A DNA stretch of 52,751 bases from Candidatus Eiseniibacteriota bacterium (lineage in GTDB: Bacteria; Eisenbacteria; RBG-16-71-46), in NCBI GenBank assembly GCA_041483195.1, contig JBGPFC010000029.1, forward strand, positions 1-52,751. Direction: 5' to 3'. The position numbers and the translations under genes are program-made. The notes under the pieces were generated by a model. That model searched no databases and was not told the DNA's origin. It saw nothing but the letters and a program-made list of their open reading frames with translations. Shown piece by piece: positions 38,761 through 49,370 of this stretch (positions are counted from its first letter, which is position 1; the number at the start of each line of letters is the position of its first letter).

Positions 38761-39465
38761 TCAGTTGCGGCTGTTCCTCAGGATCACGAAGCGCAGCAGC
38801 TGGAGCGCGGCCATCGCGGCGGCCGCGACGTAGGTGAGCGCCGCGGCGTCGAGCACCTTCTTCGCGCCCGCCACTTCCTGAGGGGCGATCGAGCCCGACT
38901 CGGTGAGCTGGACCAGCGCGCGCCGGGACGCGTCGAATTCGACAGGCAGCGTGACGAGATGGAAGAGCACGGCGCCCGAGAAGAAGACGATCGCCAGGTC
39001 CATCAGGGTGTGCGAGAGCCCCGGGATCCTGAAGATGAAGCCGATCAAGAAAAGCGGCCACGCGGCCATGCTGACGAACCCGACGGCCGGCGCCATCGCG
39101 GAGCGCAGCGCGAGCGGCACGTACCCCTTCGCGTGCTGGAGCACGTGTCCGACCTCGTGGGCGGCCACCGCGATCGACGCGACCGAATCGCCTTCGAAGA
39201 TCGGCGCCGAGAGCCGCACCTTCTTCGTGCGGGGATCGTAGTGGTCGCTCAACGAGCCGCCGATCTCCTCGACAGCGACGTCGGTGACCCCGTTGCGCGT
39301 CATGATCGACTTCGCCATGTCGCGCCCGGTCATTCCGTTGGCGGCGCGGATCGCGGACATCTGCTTGTAGGTGTGCTGAACTCGCCACTGGGCCCAGAAC
39401 GCGAAGATCATCGCCGGGATCAGCAGCATGTAGGTGGGATCGAGGCCGAAGCCGATGAATGGCAT
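38761..39465 (-). CDS. Membrane neutral zinc metallopeptidase (YugP-like)
   Basis: [43 protein letters not shown]. Confidence 0.92.
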   Translation of the reverse strand: MPFIGFGLDPTYMLLIPAMIFAFWAQWRVQHTYKQMSAIRAANGMTGRDMAKSIMTRNGVTDVAVEEIGGSLSDHYDPRTKKVRLSAPIFEGDSVASIAVAAHEVGHVLQHAKGYVPLALRSAMAPAVGFVSMAAWPLFLIGFIFRIPGLSHTLMDLAIVFFSGAVLFHLVTLPVEFDASRRALVQLTESGSIAPQEVAGAKKVLDAAALTYVAAAAMAALQLLRFVILRNSRN

Positions 39466-39797
39466 GGTGGCGGTCACTCCTTCTCGTGGGACTGCGCCGG
39501 TGCTTCCCGCGGGACTGCAAGAGCACTCGCGAAGCCGGTCGTTCAGATGCACGCAAGTCGCGGGCGCATCGGATCCGATCGCGGGCGGCTCGCGCCACCC
39601 GGCACGCATGCGGTCGGCGGCAGTATCTCGCGGCACGGGGCGCTTTCCAAGCGGGCCGCTTGTCACGGCCGTGTCATTCACGGCGCGGCCGCCCGGGCAC
39701 CGGCAGGCGGGTGGTTTCGGATGTCCGGCCGCCGTGTCATACACTGACGCGCCGCTTCGCGGGGGAGCCGAGGCATACCCGGTCTGGAGAGTTCAGC

Positions 39798-40850
39798 ATG
39801 ACGCCGGTCGTGGATCTGCGCAGCGATACCATCACCCGACCCACCGCCGCGATGCGCAGGGCGATGATGGACGCCGAGGTCGGAGACGACGTGTTCGGCG
39901 ACGATCCCACCGTGCAGGCGCTCGAGCGCCGGGTCGCGAGTCTCGCCCGCAAGGAGGCGGGGTTGTTCGTGCCGAGCGGCACGATGGGCAACCAGCTCGC
40001 GATTCACGTGCAGACCTCGCCGGGGGACGAGGTGCTGCTCGAAGCCGAGTCCCACATCTTCCTGTACGAGCAGGGCGGGCTCGCCGCGAACTCGGGATGC
40101 CTCGCGCACCTCGTGAGCGGCGAGCGCGGCGCGCTCGCGCCCGAGGCGCTCGAGACCGCGCTGCGCGGCGAGGACGATCACAACGCGCGGCTCACGCTGG
40201 TGTGCATGGAGAACACGCACAACCGCGCCGCCGGAGCGATCGTCCCGCTCGAGCGGCTGCGCGCGATGTCGGCGATCGCGCGCGCGCGCGGCGTGCGCGT
40301 CCACCTCGACGGCGCCCGCCTGTGGAACGCGAGCGTCGCGACCGGGATCCCGATCGCGGAGTGGGCGGCCACCGCCGACACCGTCATGATGTGCTTCTCG
40401 AAGGGGCTGGGCGCCCCGATCGGCTCGATCCTGGTCGGGGAGACGGCGGTCATTCGCAAGGCGCGTCGCGTGCGCAAGCGCTGGGGCGGCGGCATGCGGC
40501 AGGTCGGCATCCTCGCGGCGGCCGGGCTCCATGCGCTCGATCATCACGTCGAGCGCCTCGCCCAGGATCACGAGCGCGCCCGCACCCTGGCCGCGGGGCT
40601 CGCGCGCGCGCCGGGCGTGAGCGTCACCGCGCCCGACACCAACATCCTGTACCTGCGGCTCGAGCACCCGGCGCTCGAGCCGCGCGCGCTGCTCGATGGG
40701 CTCGCCGCGCGCGGGGTGCGCATGTCGGCGTTCGGCCCGCGGCTCTTGCGGGCGATCACGCACCTCGACGTTGACGACGCCGGCATCGCGCACGCGATCG
40801 AGGCGTTTCACGCAGTGGTCGGCGCGCGGGTCGCATCGCCCGCGGCGTGA
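39798..40850 (+). CDS. ltaE: Low-specificity L-threonine aldolase
   Basis: [40 protein letters not shown]. Confidence 0.94.
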   Translation: MTPVVDLRSDTITRPTAAMRRAMMDAEVGDDVFGDDPTVQALERRVASLARKEAGLFVPSGTMGNQLAIHVQTSPGDEVLLEAESHIFLYEQGGLAANSGCLAHLVSGERGALAPEALETALRGEDDHNARLTLVCMENTHNRAAGAIVPLERLRAMSAIARARGVRVHLDGARLWNASVATGIPIAEWAATADTVMMCFSKGLGAPIGSILVGETAVIRKARRVRKRWGGGMRQVGILAAAGLHALDHHVERLAQDHERARTLAAGLARAPGVSVTAPDTNILYLRLEHPALEPRALLDGLAARGVRMSAFGPRLLRAITHLDVDDAGIAHAIEAFHAVVGARVASPAA

Positions 40851-40926
40851 CCGCGGAAAACCGTTCTGTTAGCCTGCGCGGCTCCCGACCCCGCTCCGTC
40901 GCCGCACCGCCTCTGGAATCCCACCC

Positions 40927-41613
40927 ATGATCGACGCGATCGCCGCCGCCCTCTACGCGCTCAATCCGAGGAGCGCGCCGGATCTCGTCCTCAAGCGGCT
41001 CGGCATCGCGACCTCCAGGCGGCGCCTCGAGTTCCACACGCTCGAGACGCTGCTGCGCGAGCTGCCGAGGGTGGAGGGCGTGATCGTGGAATGCGGCACG
41101 TATCGCGGCGCGACCCTGCTGGGGATGGCCCACATCCTGACGACGCGGGGATTCCGCCCCCGCATGTACGCCCTCGACTCTTTCGAGGGATTCCCGGAGC
41201 CCCGCGCCGAAGACGCGGGGCCCGGGGGCACGCTCCACCCCGACGTACATCGCGGCGCGCTCGGCGACACGTCGTACGAAGCGCTGCTCAAACGCATCGC
41301 GCTGCTGGGCTGGTCGGACCGCATCACCGTGCTGAAGGGTTTCTTCGAGCAGACGCTGCCGCGCCTCGCGGACGAGCGCTTCTCGGTCGCGCATCTCGAC
41401 TGCGACCTGTACGAGTCGTACAAGGTGTGCCTCGAGTTCATATACCCGCGCATGTTGCCCCGGAGCTTCATCGTGCTCGACGACTACCGGCTGCCCGCCA
41501 ACGTGTATCCGGGGGCCGACCGCGCCGTCGACGAGTTCTTCGCGGACAAGCCGCAGAAGCCCGAACGGCTGCCCGGCCCGCTGGGGCTGCGCTCGTTCGT
41601 TCGCATCCGTTAG
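40927..41613 (+). CDS. TylF/MycF/NovP family O-methyltransferase
   Basis: VECGTYRG, DSFEGFP, KGFFEQTLP, HLDCDLYES, LDDY. Confidence 0.88.
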   Translation: MIDAIAAALYALNPRSAPDLVLKRLGIATSRRRLEFHTLETLLRELPRVEGVIVECGTYRGATLLGMAHILTTRGFRPRMYALDSFEGFPEPRAEDAGPGGTLHPDVHRGALGDTSYEALLKRIALLGWSDRITVLKGFFEQTLPRLADERFSVAHLDCDLYESYKVCLEFIYPRMLPRSFIVLDDYRLPANVYPGADRAVDEFFADKPQKPERLPGPLGLRSFVRIR

Positions 41614-41770
41614 CAGGGGTTTCGTCATGCCGCGCGCGGCGCGCTCGAGGGCCGCGCTTCGCGTGCGTGCGGCGTAAGGGGCGCGCGGTGGACGGCCTCC
41701 CGAGGGGCGTGCTACCTTGCTTCCGCTTTTTTCCGGTGGGGAACGAGGCCCGCGGGGCGGAAGGAATCAC

Positions 41771-42499
41771 GTGAGCGAAGCACGCCCTTCCGGAGACGGA
41801 GGGATCCTGTACCTGGTGGCCACGCCCATCGGCAACCTCGAGGACGTCACGCATCGTGCGCTGCGCATCCTGGCGGCAGCCGATCTGGTGGCGGCCGAGG
41901 ACACGCGCCACACGCGTCACCTGCTGGAGCATTTCGGCATCGCCCGCCCGGTCGTCAGCCTGTTCGAGCACAACGAGCGCGCGAAGGTCCCGGGTCTGCT
42001 GCGGCGGCTCGAGGCGGGGGAGTCGGTGGCCGTCGTGACCGACGCGGGCTCGCCGGGGGTGGCCGATCCGGGGTATCCACTGGTGCGCGCGGCGATCGCG
42101 GCGGGGTTTCGCGTGCAGAGCGTCCCGGGGCCGAGCGCGGTGATCGCGGCGCTGCAGGTGAGCGGGCTGCCGACTGACGCGTTCTCGTTCGTCGGTTTCC
42201 TGCCCGTCAAGTCCGCGGCCCGCAGGCGGCGGCTCGAGAGCGTGAGCCGGGCGCGCGAAACGCTGGTGGCTTTCGAATCGCCGCATCGCATCGTGCGCTG
42301 TCTCGAAGACGTGGAAGCGGTGTGGGGCGAACGCCCGATCGCGCTGGCGCGCGAGCTCACGAAGACGTTCGAAGAGGTGCTGCGCGGGAGCGCGCGCGAG
42401 ATTCGCGCGGCGCTCACGGCCGACAAGCAGCGCGGGGAGATGGTCCTGGTCCTGAGCGGGTGGACGAGAGCTGACGAGCGCGCGGAGCGGGCGAGGTGA
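41771..42499 (+). CDS. rsmI: 16S rRNA C1402 2'-O-methyltransferase
   Basis: LVATPIGNLED, AEDTR, DAGSPGVADPG, FESPHR, RELTKTFEE. Confidence 0.95.
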   Translation: MSEARPSGDGGILYLVATPIGNLEDVTHRALRILAAADLVAAEDTRHTRHLLEHFGIARPVVSLFEHNERAKVPGLLRRLEAGESVAVVTDAGSPGVADPGYPLVRAAIAAGFRVQSVPGPSAVIAALQVSGLPTDAFSFVGFLPVKSAARRRRLESVSRARETLVAFESPHRIVRCLEDVEAVWGERPIALARELTKTFEEVLRGSAREIRAALTADKQRGEMVLVLSGWTRADERAERAR

Positions 42500-43218
42500 C
42501 GCCGCCGGTGGCCGCTGCCGAGCGCGGCGCAGGGCACGGCCCGATCGCGCAGTGGAAGGATCGGCTCAAGGACGGCGCGCACGCGCTGGCCGCGCCGCTG
42601 GTCCGCGCCCTGGGCGGCATGGGCGCGCGCGCCGACCATCTCACGGTGCTCGGGCTGCTACTATCACTCGGCGCGGGTTTCGCGTTCTTCGATGGTCATT
42701 CGCGTCTCGGAGCGCTGCTGCTGCTGGGCGCCGGGATCTGCGACATCCTGGACGGCGAGCTCGCGCGCCGCGTCGGCGTGACGTCGCGCTTCGGTGCGTT
42801 CCTCGATTCCACGCTCGATCGCCTCGCCGAAGCCGCGGCGCTGGTCGGGATCGCGGCGTTCTGCCTGCGCAATCTGGTGGCGCTGGTGTTCGCGCCGGGG
42901 CAGGTCATCCAGCAGATGGCGATCGGGCTGAACCCCGTGACCTGGGCGGTGCTCGCGTTCACCGCCATGCTGGCGCTGGTGGGGTCGTTCATGGTGTCCT
43001 ATACCCGCGCGCGGGCCGAGGGTCTCGGGCTCGAGTGCAAGGTGGGATGGTTCGAGCGGCCCGAGCGGCTCACGCTGCTGATCCTGGCCGGGGCGCTCCA
43101 GGTGTTCTGGGCGATGTCGATCGCCCTGCTGCTGCTGACCGTGCTCTCGTTCGCCACCGCCGCTCAGCGTGTGGCGCATGTCTGGAAACACACCCGCGGA
43201 GCGGGGCTGGACGCATAA
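42496..43218 (+). CDS. CDP-alcohol phosphatidyltransferase (PIP synthase-like)
   Basis: DILDGELAR...[10 protein letters not shown] signature; SYTRARAE and ERPER; adjacent to ino1. Confidence 0.88.
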   Translation: MTPPVAAAERGAGHGPIAQWKDRLKDGAHALAAPLVRALGGMGARADHLTVLGLLLSLGAGFAFFDGHSRLGALLLLGAGICDILDGELARRVGVTSRFGAFLDSTLDRLAEAAALVGIAAFCLRNLVALVFAPGQVIQQMAIGLNPVTWAVLAFTAMLALVGSFMVSYTRARAEGLGLECKVGWFERPERLTLLILAGALQVFWAMSIALLLLTVLSFATAAQRVAHVWKHTRGAGLDA

Positions 43219-43234
43219 GGGAGGTCTGAGGCGT

Positions 43235-44458
43235 ATGGGCAAGGTACGAGTCGCAATCATCGGCGTGGGCAACTGCGCATCGTCGTTCGTGCAGGGGCTT
43301 CACTACTATCGCAAGGCGAAGGAAACGGACCGCGTGCCGGGCCTCATGCACGTCAACCTCGGCGGCTACCACATTCGCGACGTCGAGATCGCGGCGGCCA
43401 TCGACATCGATCGCAACAAGGTCGGCAAGGATCTCTCCGAGGCCATCGTGCAGTGGCCCAACAACACGATGGTATTCGCGAAGGTGCCGCGCACCGGAAT
43501 CGTGGTGCAGCGCGGCATGACGCACGACGGGCTCGGCAAGTACCTGTCGCAGATCATCCACAAGGCGCCGGGCTCGACCGTCGACATCGTGAAGCTGCTG
43601 AAGGACACCGGCACCGACGTGGTCGTGAACTACCTCCCGGTGGGCTCCGAAGAGGCGACCAAGTGGTACGTCGAGCAGGTGCTCGAGGCCGGCTGCGCCT
43701 TCGTGAACTGCATCCCGGTGTTCATCGCGCGCGAGAAGTACTGGCAGCAGCGCTTCGAGAAGAAGGGCCTGCCCGTGATCGGCGACGACATCAAGTCGCA
43801 GGTGGGCGCCACCATCACGCACCGCGTGCTCACCACGCTGTTCAACGATCGCGGGGTGCGAATCGATCGCACCTATCAGCTCAACTTCGGAGGCAACACC
43901 GATTTCCTGAACATGCTCGAGCGCGAGCGGCTCGAGTCCAAGAAGATCTCGAAGACCTCCGCGGTCACCAGCCTGATCCCTTATCCGATGGATCCCGACA
44001 ACGTGCACGTCGGCCCCAGCGACTACGTCCCGTGGCTCAAGGATCGCAAGTGGTGCCACATCCGCATGGAGGGCACGACCTTCGGCGACGTTCCGCTCAA
44101 CCTCGAGATGAAGCTCGAGGTGTGGGACTCGCCCAACTCGGCGGGCGTCGTGATCGACGCGGTCCGATGCGCGAAGCTGGGCCTGGACCGCGGCCTGAAG
44201 GGCGCGCTCATCGCGCCGTCTGCCTACTTCAAGAAGTCGCCGCCGCAGCAATTCCCCGACAACATCGCGCGCGAGATGACCGAGGAGTTCATCCGCACCT
44301 ACGGCCACGGAAGGATCGCGAAGAAGCTGGAAGCGGCGAAGGCCGCGGCGAGCACCGGCGCGCACGGCAACGGGGTCCCGCGGCCCGCCGCCGCGGCCCG
44401 CGCGAAACGCGGCCCCGCGCGCGCGAGGCGGGGCCGCTTGGGCGCGGCGAAGGGCTAG
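43235..44458 (+). CDS. ino1: Inositol-3-phosphate synthase
   Basis: [49 protein letters not shown]; basic C-terminal tail. Confidence 0.96.
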   Translation: MGKVRVAIIGVGNCASSFVQGLHYYRKAKETDRVPGLMHVNLGGYHIRDVEIAAAIDIDRNKVGKDLSEAIVQWPNNTMVFAKVPRTGIVVQRGMTHDGLGKYLSQIIHKAPGSTVDIVKLLKDTGTDVVVNYLPVGSEEATKWYVEQVLEAGCAFVNCIPVFIAREKYWQQRFEKKGLPVIGDDIKSQVGATITHRVLTTLFNDRGVRIDRTYQLNFGGNTDFLNMLERERLESKKISKTSAVTSLIPYPMDPDNVHVGPSDYVPWLKDRKWCHIRMEGTTFGDVPLNLEMKLEVWDSPNSAGVVIDAVRCAKLGLDRGLKGALIAPSAYFKKSPPQQFPDNIAREMTEEFIRTYGHGRIAKKLEAAKAAASTGAHGNGVPRPAAAARAKRGPARARRGRLGAAKG

Positions 44459-44469
44459 CGGGCCGCGCG

Positions 44470-45102
44470 ATGCCCGGGTGGTTCGTCACCTTCGAGGGCG
44501 GCGAGGGCTCGGGCAAGAGCACCCAGCTCGCGCGGCTCGCGGCCCGGCTGCGCGAGCGCGGCCTCGATCCGCTGGTCACCCGCGAGCCGGGGGGCACCCC
44601 GCTCGCCGAGGGCATCCGTGAGCTGCTGCTCGACCCCGCGCGGCGTCCGGCGCCGATGGCCGAGGCGCTGCTCATGGAGGCGGCGCGCGCCGATCTCGTC
44701 ACGCACGTCATCCGGCCGGCGCTCGAGGCGGGCCGCGTCGTGCTCTGCGATCGCTACGACGATTCCACCCTCGCCTACCAGGGCGCGGGCCGGGGGCTCG
44801 ATCAGCGGATGCTGCGCTCGCTGAACCTGGCCGCCACCTCGGGTCTCAAGCCCGACGTCACGCTGTTGTTCGACGTGGATCCCGCGCTCGGGCTCGCGCG
44901 GCGCGCGGGCGCGACCGAGACCCCCAACCGCCTCGACCGCGAGCCCGAGGCGTTTCATGTCCGCGTGCGCGCGCGCTATCTGGAGCTCGCGGCGGGCGAG
45001 CCCGATCGCTTCATGGTGCTGGACGGCCGGCTCGATCCGGAACGGCTCGAGACGATGGTCTGGGCCGCACTCGAGCCGCGGCTGCCCCGCCTGAGCGTCT
45101 GA
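44470..45102 (+). CDS. tmk: dTMP kinase
   Basis: FEGGEGSGKSTQ, TREPGGT, CDRY...AYQG. Confidence 0.96.
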   Translation: MPGWFVTFEGGEGSGKSTQLARLAARLRERGLDPLVTREPGGTPLAEGIRELLLDPARRPAPMAEALLMEAARADLVTHVIRPALEAGRVVLCDRYDDSTLAYQGAGRGLDQRMLRSLNLAATSGLKPDVTLLFDVDPALGLARRAGATETPNRLDREPEAFHVRVRARYLELAAGEPDRFMVLDGRLDPERLETMVWAALEPRLPRLSV

Positions 45103-45261
45103 GCGCGGCCGCGTCGCGGGCGGTCGCGGTGCGTGTGCTATAGTCGAAGCCCTTTTGCGAAGCACCGTCGCTCGACGATCGCGAGCGACCACCCCCTGAC
45201 CCGTAACACCGCGACGGGAACGCGCCGCACGGGGTCCACGCGGACCTGGACGGGAGGACGC

Positions 45262-46854
45262 TTGATCCGCAAGCGCGCCACGCTCGCGCTTCTGTTCGTG
45301 GTGCTGTTCGGCATGGGCTGGTGGGTGGGCCGCGGCCGGGCCGCGAGCGACCTCTACGGCAATCTCGACCTGTTCGTCGAGGTGCTCGACCGCGTCGAGC
45401 AGAACTACGTCAACCCGATCGAGCCCGAGAAGCTGATCGACGGCGCCCTCAAGGGCATGCTGCGCGACCTCGATCCGTACTCGCAGTATCTCGACGCCCG
45501 GGACTTCTCGAATCTCCAGAGCATGACCCAGGGCAGCTTCGGCGGGATCGGCATCGTCGTGAGCGTCCGCGACAACTACCCGACCGTCGTCTCTCCGATC
45601 GAAGGCAGCCCCGCGTGGCTCGCCGGGGTGCGCTCGGGAGACATCATCGTCAAGATCGACGGCGTCTCGGCCGCCGGGCTCGGCATCGACGACGCGGCCC
45701 GCAAGCTGCGGGGCGCGGAGGGCACGAAGGTTCAGATCACGGTGCGGCGCGAAGGGGAGAGCGAAGAGCGCGACGTCCCGCTCGAGCGCAAGATCATCGA
45801 GACCCACAGCGTGCCGTACGCGTTCGTCGTGAAGGACGGGGTCGGTTACGTGCGGCTCTCCGACTTCTCGGAGAAGTCGGGCGTCGAAGTGCGCGACGCC
45901 CTGCGCGCGCTGCGCTCGGGCGGCGCGACCCGCGCGGTGCTCGACCTGCGCCAGAATCCCGGCGGGCTGCTCGATCAGGCGGTGAACGTGGCCGAGCAGT
46001 TCCTGCCGAAGGGCACGCTGGTCGTGTACACGCGCGGCCGCGATCGGAGCAACGATCAGCGCTTCTTCACGACCGAGGCCGGCGCCGAGAGCCGCTGGCC
46101 GCTGGTGGTGCTGGTGGACAACGGCAGCGCCTCTGCTTCCGAGATCGTGGCGGGCGCGCTGCAGGACCTCGATCGGGGGCTGCTGATGGGCCGGACCTCG
46201 TACGGAAAGGGCTCCGTCCAGAACGTGTTTCCGCTGAAGGGGACCACCGCAGCGCTCAAGCTCACCACCGCGCTCTACTACACGCCGAGCGGCCGGTCCA
46301 TTCACCGCGCGCGGAAGGACACGCTGGGCGCCGACGAAGAGGACGACGGCGCCGGACCGCGGAACGCGCCTGGCGATTCCGCGGCGCGCCCCGTTTACCA
46401 CACGGCGGGCGGGCGCACCGTGTACGGCGGCGGCGGCATCACGCCGGACGTCGTGGTGCTGTCCGACACCCTGCCGCCGCTCACGCTCGCCGTCGAGCGC
46501 CGCGGGTTGCCGTTCCGCTTCGCGAACCGCTGGGTCAATCTCCATCCCGGCGCGCAGGTGGGGGCCGCGATTCCCGAAGCGATGTGGCGTGAGTTCGTCG
46601 AATTCCTGAAGTCCGAGAAGCTCGCGGGCGGCGACTCGCGGCTCGCGGCCGAGCGCTCGGGGCTCGAGCGCGCGCTGCGCCGCGAGCTCGCGCGCCGGGT
46701 GTCCGGCGCGGCCGCCGCCGCGCGCATCGCGCTCGATGGAGATCCGGTGTTCGCCCGGGCGCTCGAGATCCTGGCTCACGCCCAGGTCCCCGGCGACGTG
46801 TTCGCCGCGGCCGGCGTGGAACGACCCGGTCCGGCCCCCCCACGCGCCCGCTGA
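45262..46854 (+). CDS. S41 family C-terminal processing peptidase with PDZ domain
   Basis: LDPYSQY, DLRQNPGG, SASASEI, GKGSVQ; TTG start after GGAGG; TGnTATAGT -10 near 45136. Confidence 0.93.
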   Translation: MIRKRATLALLFVVLFGMGWWVGRGRAASDLYGNLDLFVEVLDRVEQNYVNPIEPEKLIDGALKGMLRDLDPYSQYLDARDFSNLQSMTQGSFGGIGIVVSVRDNYPTVVSPIEGSPAWLAGVRSGDIIVKIDGVSAAGLGIDDAARKLRGAEGTKVQITVRREGESEERDVPLERKIIETHSVPYAFVVKDGVGYVRLSDFSEKSGVEVRDALRALRSGGATRAVLDLRQNPGGLLDQAVNVAEQFLPKGTLVVYTRGRDRSNDQRFFTTEAGAESRWPLVVLVDNGSASASEIVAGALQDLDRGLLMGRTSYGKGSVQNVFPLKGTTAALKLTTALYYTPSGRSIHRARKDTLGADEEDDGAGPRNAPGDSAARPVYHTAGGRTVYGGGGITPDVVVLSDTLPPLTLAVERRGLPFRFANRWVNLHPGAQVGAAIPEAMWREFVEFLKSEKLAGGDSRLAAERSGLERALRRELARRVSGAAAAARIALDGDPVFARALEILAHAQVPGDVFAAAGVERPGPAPPRAR

Positions 46855-46856
46855 CC

Positions 46857-47528
46857 ATGCCGACCGCGTTTCTCTGCGACTTCGACGGAACGATCGCGCC
46901 CACCGACATCGGCGCGGCGCTCATCCGGCGTTTCGCACCGGGGCACGAGGCGCAGCGGGAGAGCATGCTCGCGCGCTGGGTGCGGGACGAGATCGGGAGC
47001 CGGGAGCTCACGCTCGCCGAGTGCGAGCCGGTGCGTGTCACCGCCGATGAGGCGCTGGCGTTCACGCGCGCGTTTCGAATCGACCCGCAGTTCGAGCCGT
47101 TCGCGCGCGAGGCGCTCGGGCGCGGCGACGCGGTGATGGTGGTGAGCGACGGCTTCGACTTCTACATCCAGGATCAGCTGGATCGCGCCGGTCTCTCGAT
47201 GCTGCCGCGCGCCGCGAATCGCGCCCGATTCGCGGACGGACGGCTCGAGCCGGAGTTTCCGTTCACCGACGGCGGCTGCGGGCGCTGCGGCAACTGCAAG
47301 GCCCAGCACGTGCGGCGTTATCGCGCGCTGGGATTCCACACGGTGATGGTGGGCGACGGTCTCTCCGACCGATGCGGCGCCCGCGCGGCCGACGCGATCG
47401 TCGCGCGCGGCGCGCTGCTCTCGTGGTGCCGGCGCAGCGAACTCCGCGCGCAGTGGTTCGAGAGCTTCGCCGACGTCTCGGACCTCGCGCGGCGCGTGGC
47501 GGCGCCCGCGCCGCCTGCGGGAAGCTGA
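46857..47528 (+). CDS. MtnX-like HAD-IB phosphatase
   Basis: CDFDGT, VSDG, CGNCK, GDGLSD. Confidence 0.85.
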   Translation: MPTAFLCDFDGTIAPTDIGAALIRRFAPGHEAQRESMLARWVRDEIGSRELTLAECEPVRVTADEALAFTRAFRIDPQFEPFAREALGRGDAVMVVSDGFDFYIQDQLDRAGLSMLPRAANRARFADGRLEPEFPFTDGGCGRCGNCKAQHVRRYRALGFHTVMVGDGLSDRCGARAADAIVARGALLSWCRRSELRAQWFESFADVSDLARRVAAPAPPAGS

Positions 47529-47532
47529 TCGC

Positions 47533-48591
47533 ATGCGCATCGGACCGGTCGAGATCGAATCGCCCTTCCTGCTCGCTCCGCTCGCGGGGGTGAGCGATTC
47601 CCCATTCCGCCGGCTCGCGCGCGAGCAGGGCGCCGCCGCGGTCTACACCGAGATGGTCTCGGCCGACGGGCTGGTGCGCGGCAATCGCGCCACCCTCGAG
47701 TATTGCGCGTTCGAGCCGGAGGAGCGGCCGATCGGCATCCAGCTGTTCGGCTCCGACCCGGCGATCCTGGCGGATGCCGCGCGCATGCTGAGCGATCTGC
47801 CGGAGGAGCGGCGGCCGGATCTGATCGACGTCAACATGGGCTGCCCGGTGCGCAAGGTGGTGAATCGCTGCGCGGGGGCTGCGCTCCTGAACGACGTGCC
47901 GCGCGCGGCCGCGATCATCGAGCGCATGGCGGGCGCGAGCGCGGTGCCGGTGACCGCGAAGATCCGGCTCGGATGGGACGGCCACTCTCGCAACGTCGTG
48001 GACGTGGCGCGGGCGCTCGAGCAGGCCGGCGCCGCCGCGGTCGCGATCCATGCGCGCACCCGCGCCGAGCGCTTCGATGGCCACGCGCACTGGGACATGA
48101 TCGCCGAGGCCAAGCGCGCGGTCGGCATTCCCGTGATCGGGAACGGCGACGTGCGCGGACCCGAGGACGCGCTGCGCATGATCGAGACCACCGGCTGCGA
48201 TGCCGTGATGCTGGGCCGCGCGGCATTCGGCGACCCGTGGGTGTTCCGCCGCGTGCGCGCGTTCCACGAACGCGGCGAGGCGCTGCCGCCGCCGACGGCC
48301 GGCGAGCGCCTCGAGGCCGGCCTGCGCCATCTCGCCATGATGGTCGCGAGCGTGGGGGAGGCGAGCGCGACGCGCGAGATGCGCAAGCACGTCGCGTGGT
48401 ACATCCGCGGACTTCCGAACAGCGCGCGCGTGCGCGAGCAGGTGAATCGAGCGCGGACGGTCGAGGAGATGAGCGAGCTGCTGCGCGGTTACCTCGAGGA
48501 GCTCGAGGGCCTGTCGCTCGCGGACGTGGCGGGCCCGGCCGCGGGCACGGCGGGCGACGCGGATCTCGAGGGGCTGGTTGCGTCCGGCTGA
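47533..48591 (+). CDS. dusB: tRNA dihydrouridine synthase
   Basis: LAPLAGVSD, QLFGSD, DVNMGCP, HART, NGDV, MRKH. Confidence 0.93.
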   Translation: MRIGPVEIESPFLLAPLAGVSDSPFRRLAREQGAAAVYTEMVSADGLVRGNRATLEYCAFEPEERPIGIQLFGSDPAILADAARMLSDLPEERRPDLIDVNMGCPVRKVVNRCAGAALLNDVPRAAAIIERMAGASAVPVTAKIRLGWDGHSRNVVDVARALEQAGAAAVAIHARTRAERFDGHAHWDMIAEAKRAVGIPVIGNGDVRGPEDALRMIETTGCDAVMLGRAAFGDPWVFRRVRAFHERGEALPPPTAGERLEAGLRHLAMMVASVGEASATREMRKHVAWYIRGLPNSARVREQVNRARTVEEMSELLRGYLEELEGLSLADVAGPAAGTAGDADLEGLVASG

Positions 48592-49339
48592 GCTGCGCGC
48601 GCTGCTCGCGCGGGTGCGGCGCGGCGCGGTGACCCCGGGCGCTGCGGCGCGCGCGATCGCCCGGGCGCCGTTCGAGCGCCTCGCGTTCGCGACCCTCGAT
48701 CATCAGCGGGCGATGCGCACCGGATTTCCCGAGGTGGTGTTCGGCATGGGCAAGCGCCCGGACGATCTGGTGACGATCGTCGGACGCCTGTACCGGCGCA
48801 GCGGCGTGGTGCTGGCCACGCGCGTCGAGCGGGACGGGCTGGCCGCGCTGCGCGCGGCGTATCCGCGGGCCGAGGTGTTCGATCGCGCGCGCGCGGTGGT
48901 GTTGCGCCGGCGGGCGCCGCGCCCGCGCGGGCAGGTGCTCGTGGTGTGCGCGGGAACCGCGGACCTGCCGGTCGCCGAGGAGGCGCAGGTCACCGCTTCG
49001 GTCATGGGCAGCCGCGTCGAGCTGATCGCGGATGTGGGGGTCGCGGGGCTCCACCGGCTGCTGGCGCACCGGGCGCGGCTGCTGCGGGCGCGCGTGGTGG
49101 TCGTGGTGGCGGGGCTCGAAGGCGCGCTGCCGAGCGTCGTCGGGGGGCTCACCGACCGTCCGCTCATCGCGGTTCCGACCAGCGTCGGCTACGGTGCCCA
49201 CTTCGGCGGGCTGGCGGCCCTGCTCGCGATGCTGAATTCGTGCGCGCCCGGAGTGACGGTCGTGAACGTGAACAACGGCTTCGGCGCGGGCTACGCGGCC
49301 CATCTCATCAACCACAATTCGGGTGGCGGCCGCTCCTAA
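48578..49339 (+). CDS. larB: Nickel pincer cofactor biosynthesis protein LarB
   Basis: RTGFPEVVFG, AGTADLPVAEEA, DVGVAGLHRL, PTSVGYG, MLNSCAPG. Confidence 0.93.
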   Translation: MRPAELRALLARVRRGAVTPGAAARAIARAPFERLAFATLDHQRAMRTGFPEVVFGMGKRPDDLVTIVGRLYRRSGVVLATRVERDGLAALRAAYPRAEVFDRARAVVLRRRAPRPRGQVLVVCAGTADLPVAEEAQVTASVMGSRVELIADVGVAGLHRLLAHRARLLRARVVVVVAGLEGALPSVVGGLTDRPLIAVPTSVGYGAHFGGLAALLAMLNSCAPGVTVVNVNNGFGAGYAAHLINHNSGGGRS

Positions 49340-49370
49340 GGGGAGCGTTCCCGCCACCGGGAGGCGCGGC

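Noticed and set aside
39466..39797. Glycine riboswitch before ltaE, or a CIRCE element (GAGCACTC half-site) before the peptidase
   Set aside because: The riboswitch core motifs and the second CIRCE arm are absent
46857..47528. Methionine salvage gene mtnX
   Set aside because: No mtnW, mtnB or mtnD nearby, so only a family-level HAD call is supported
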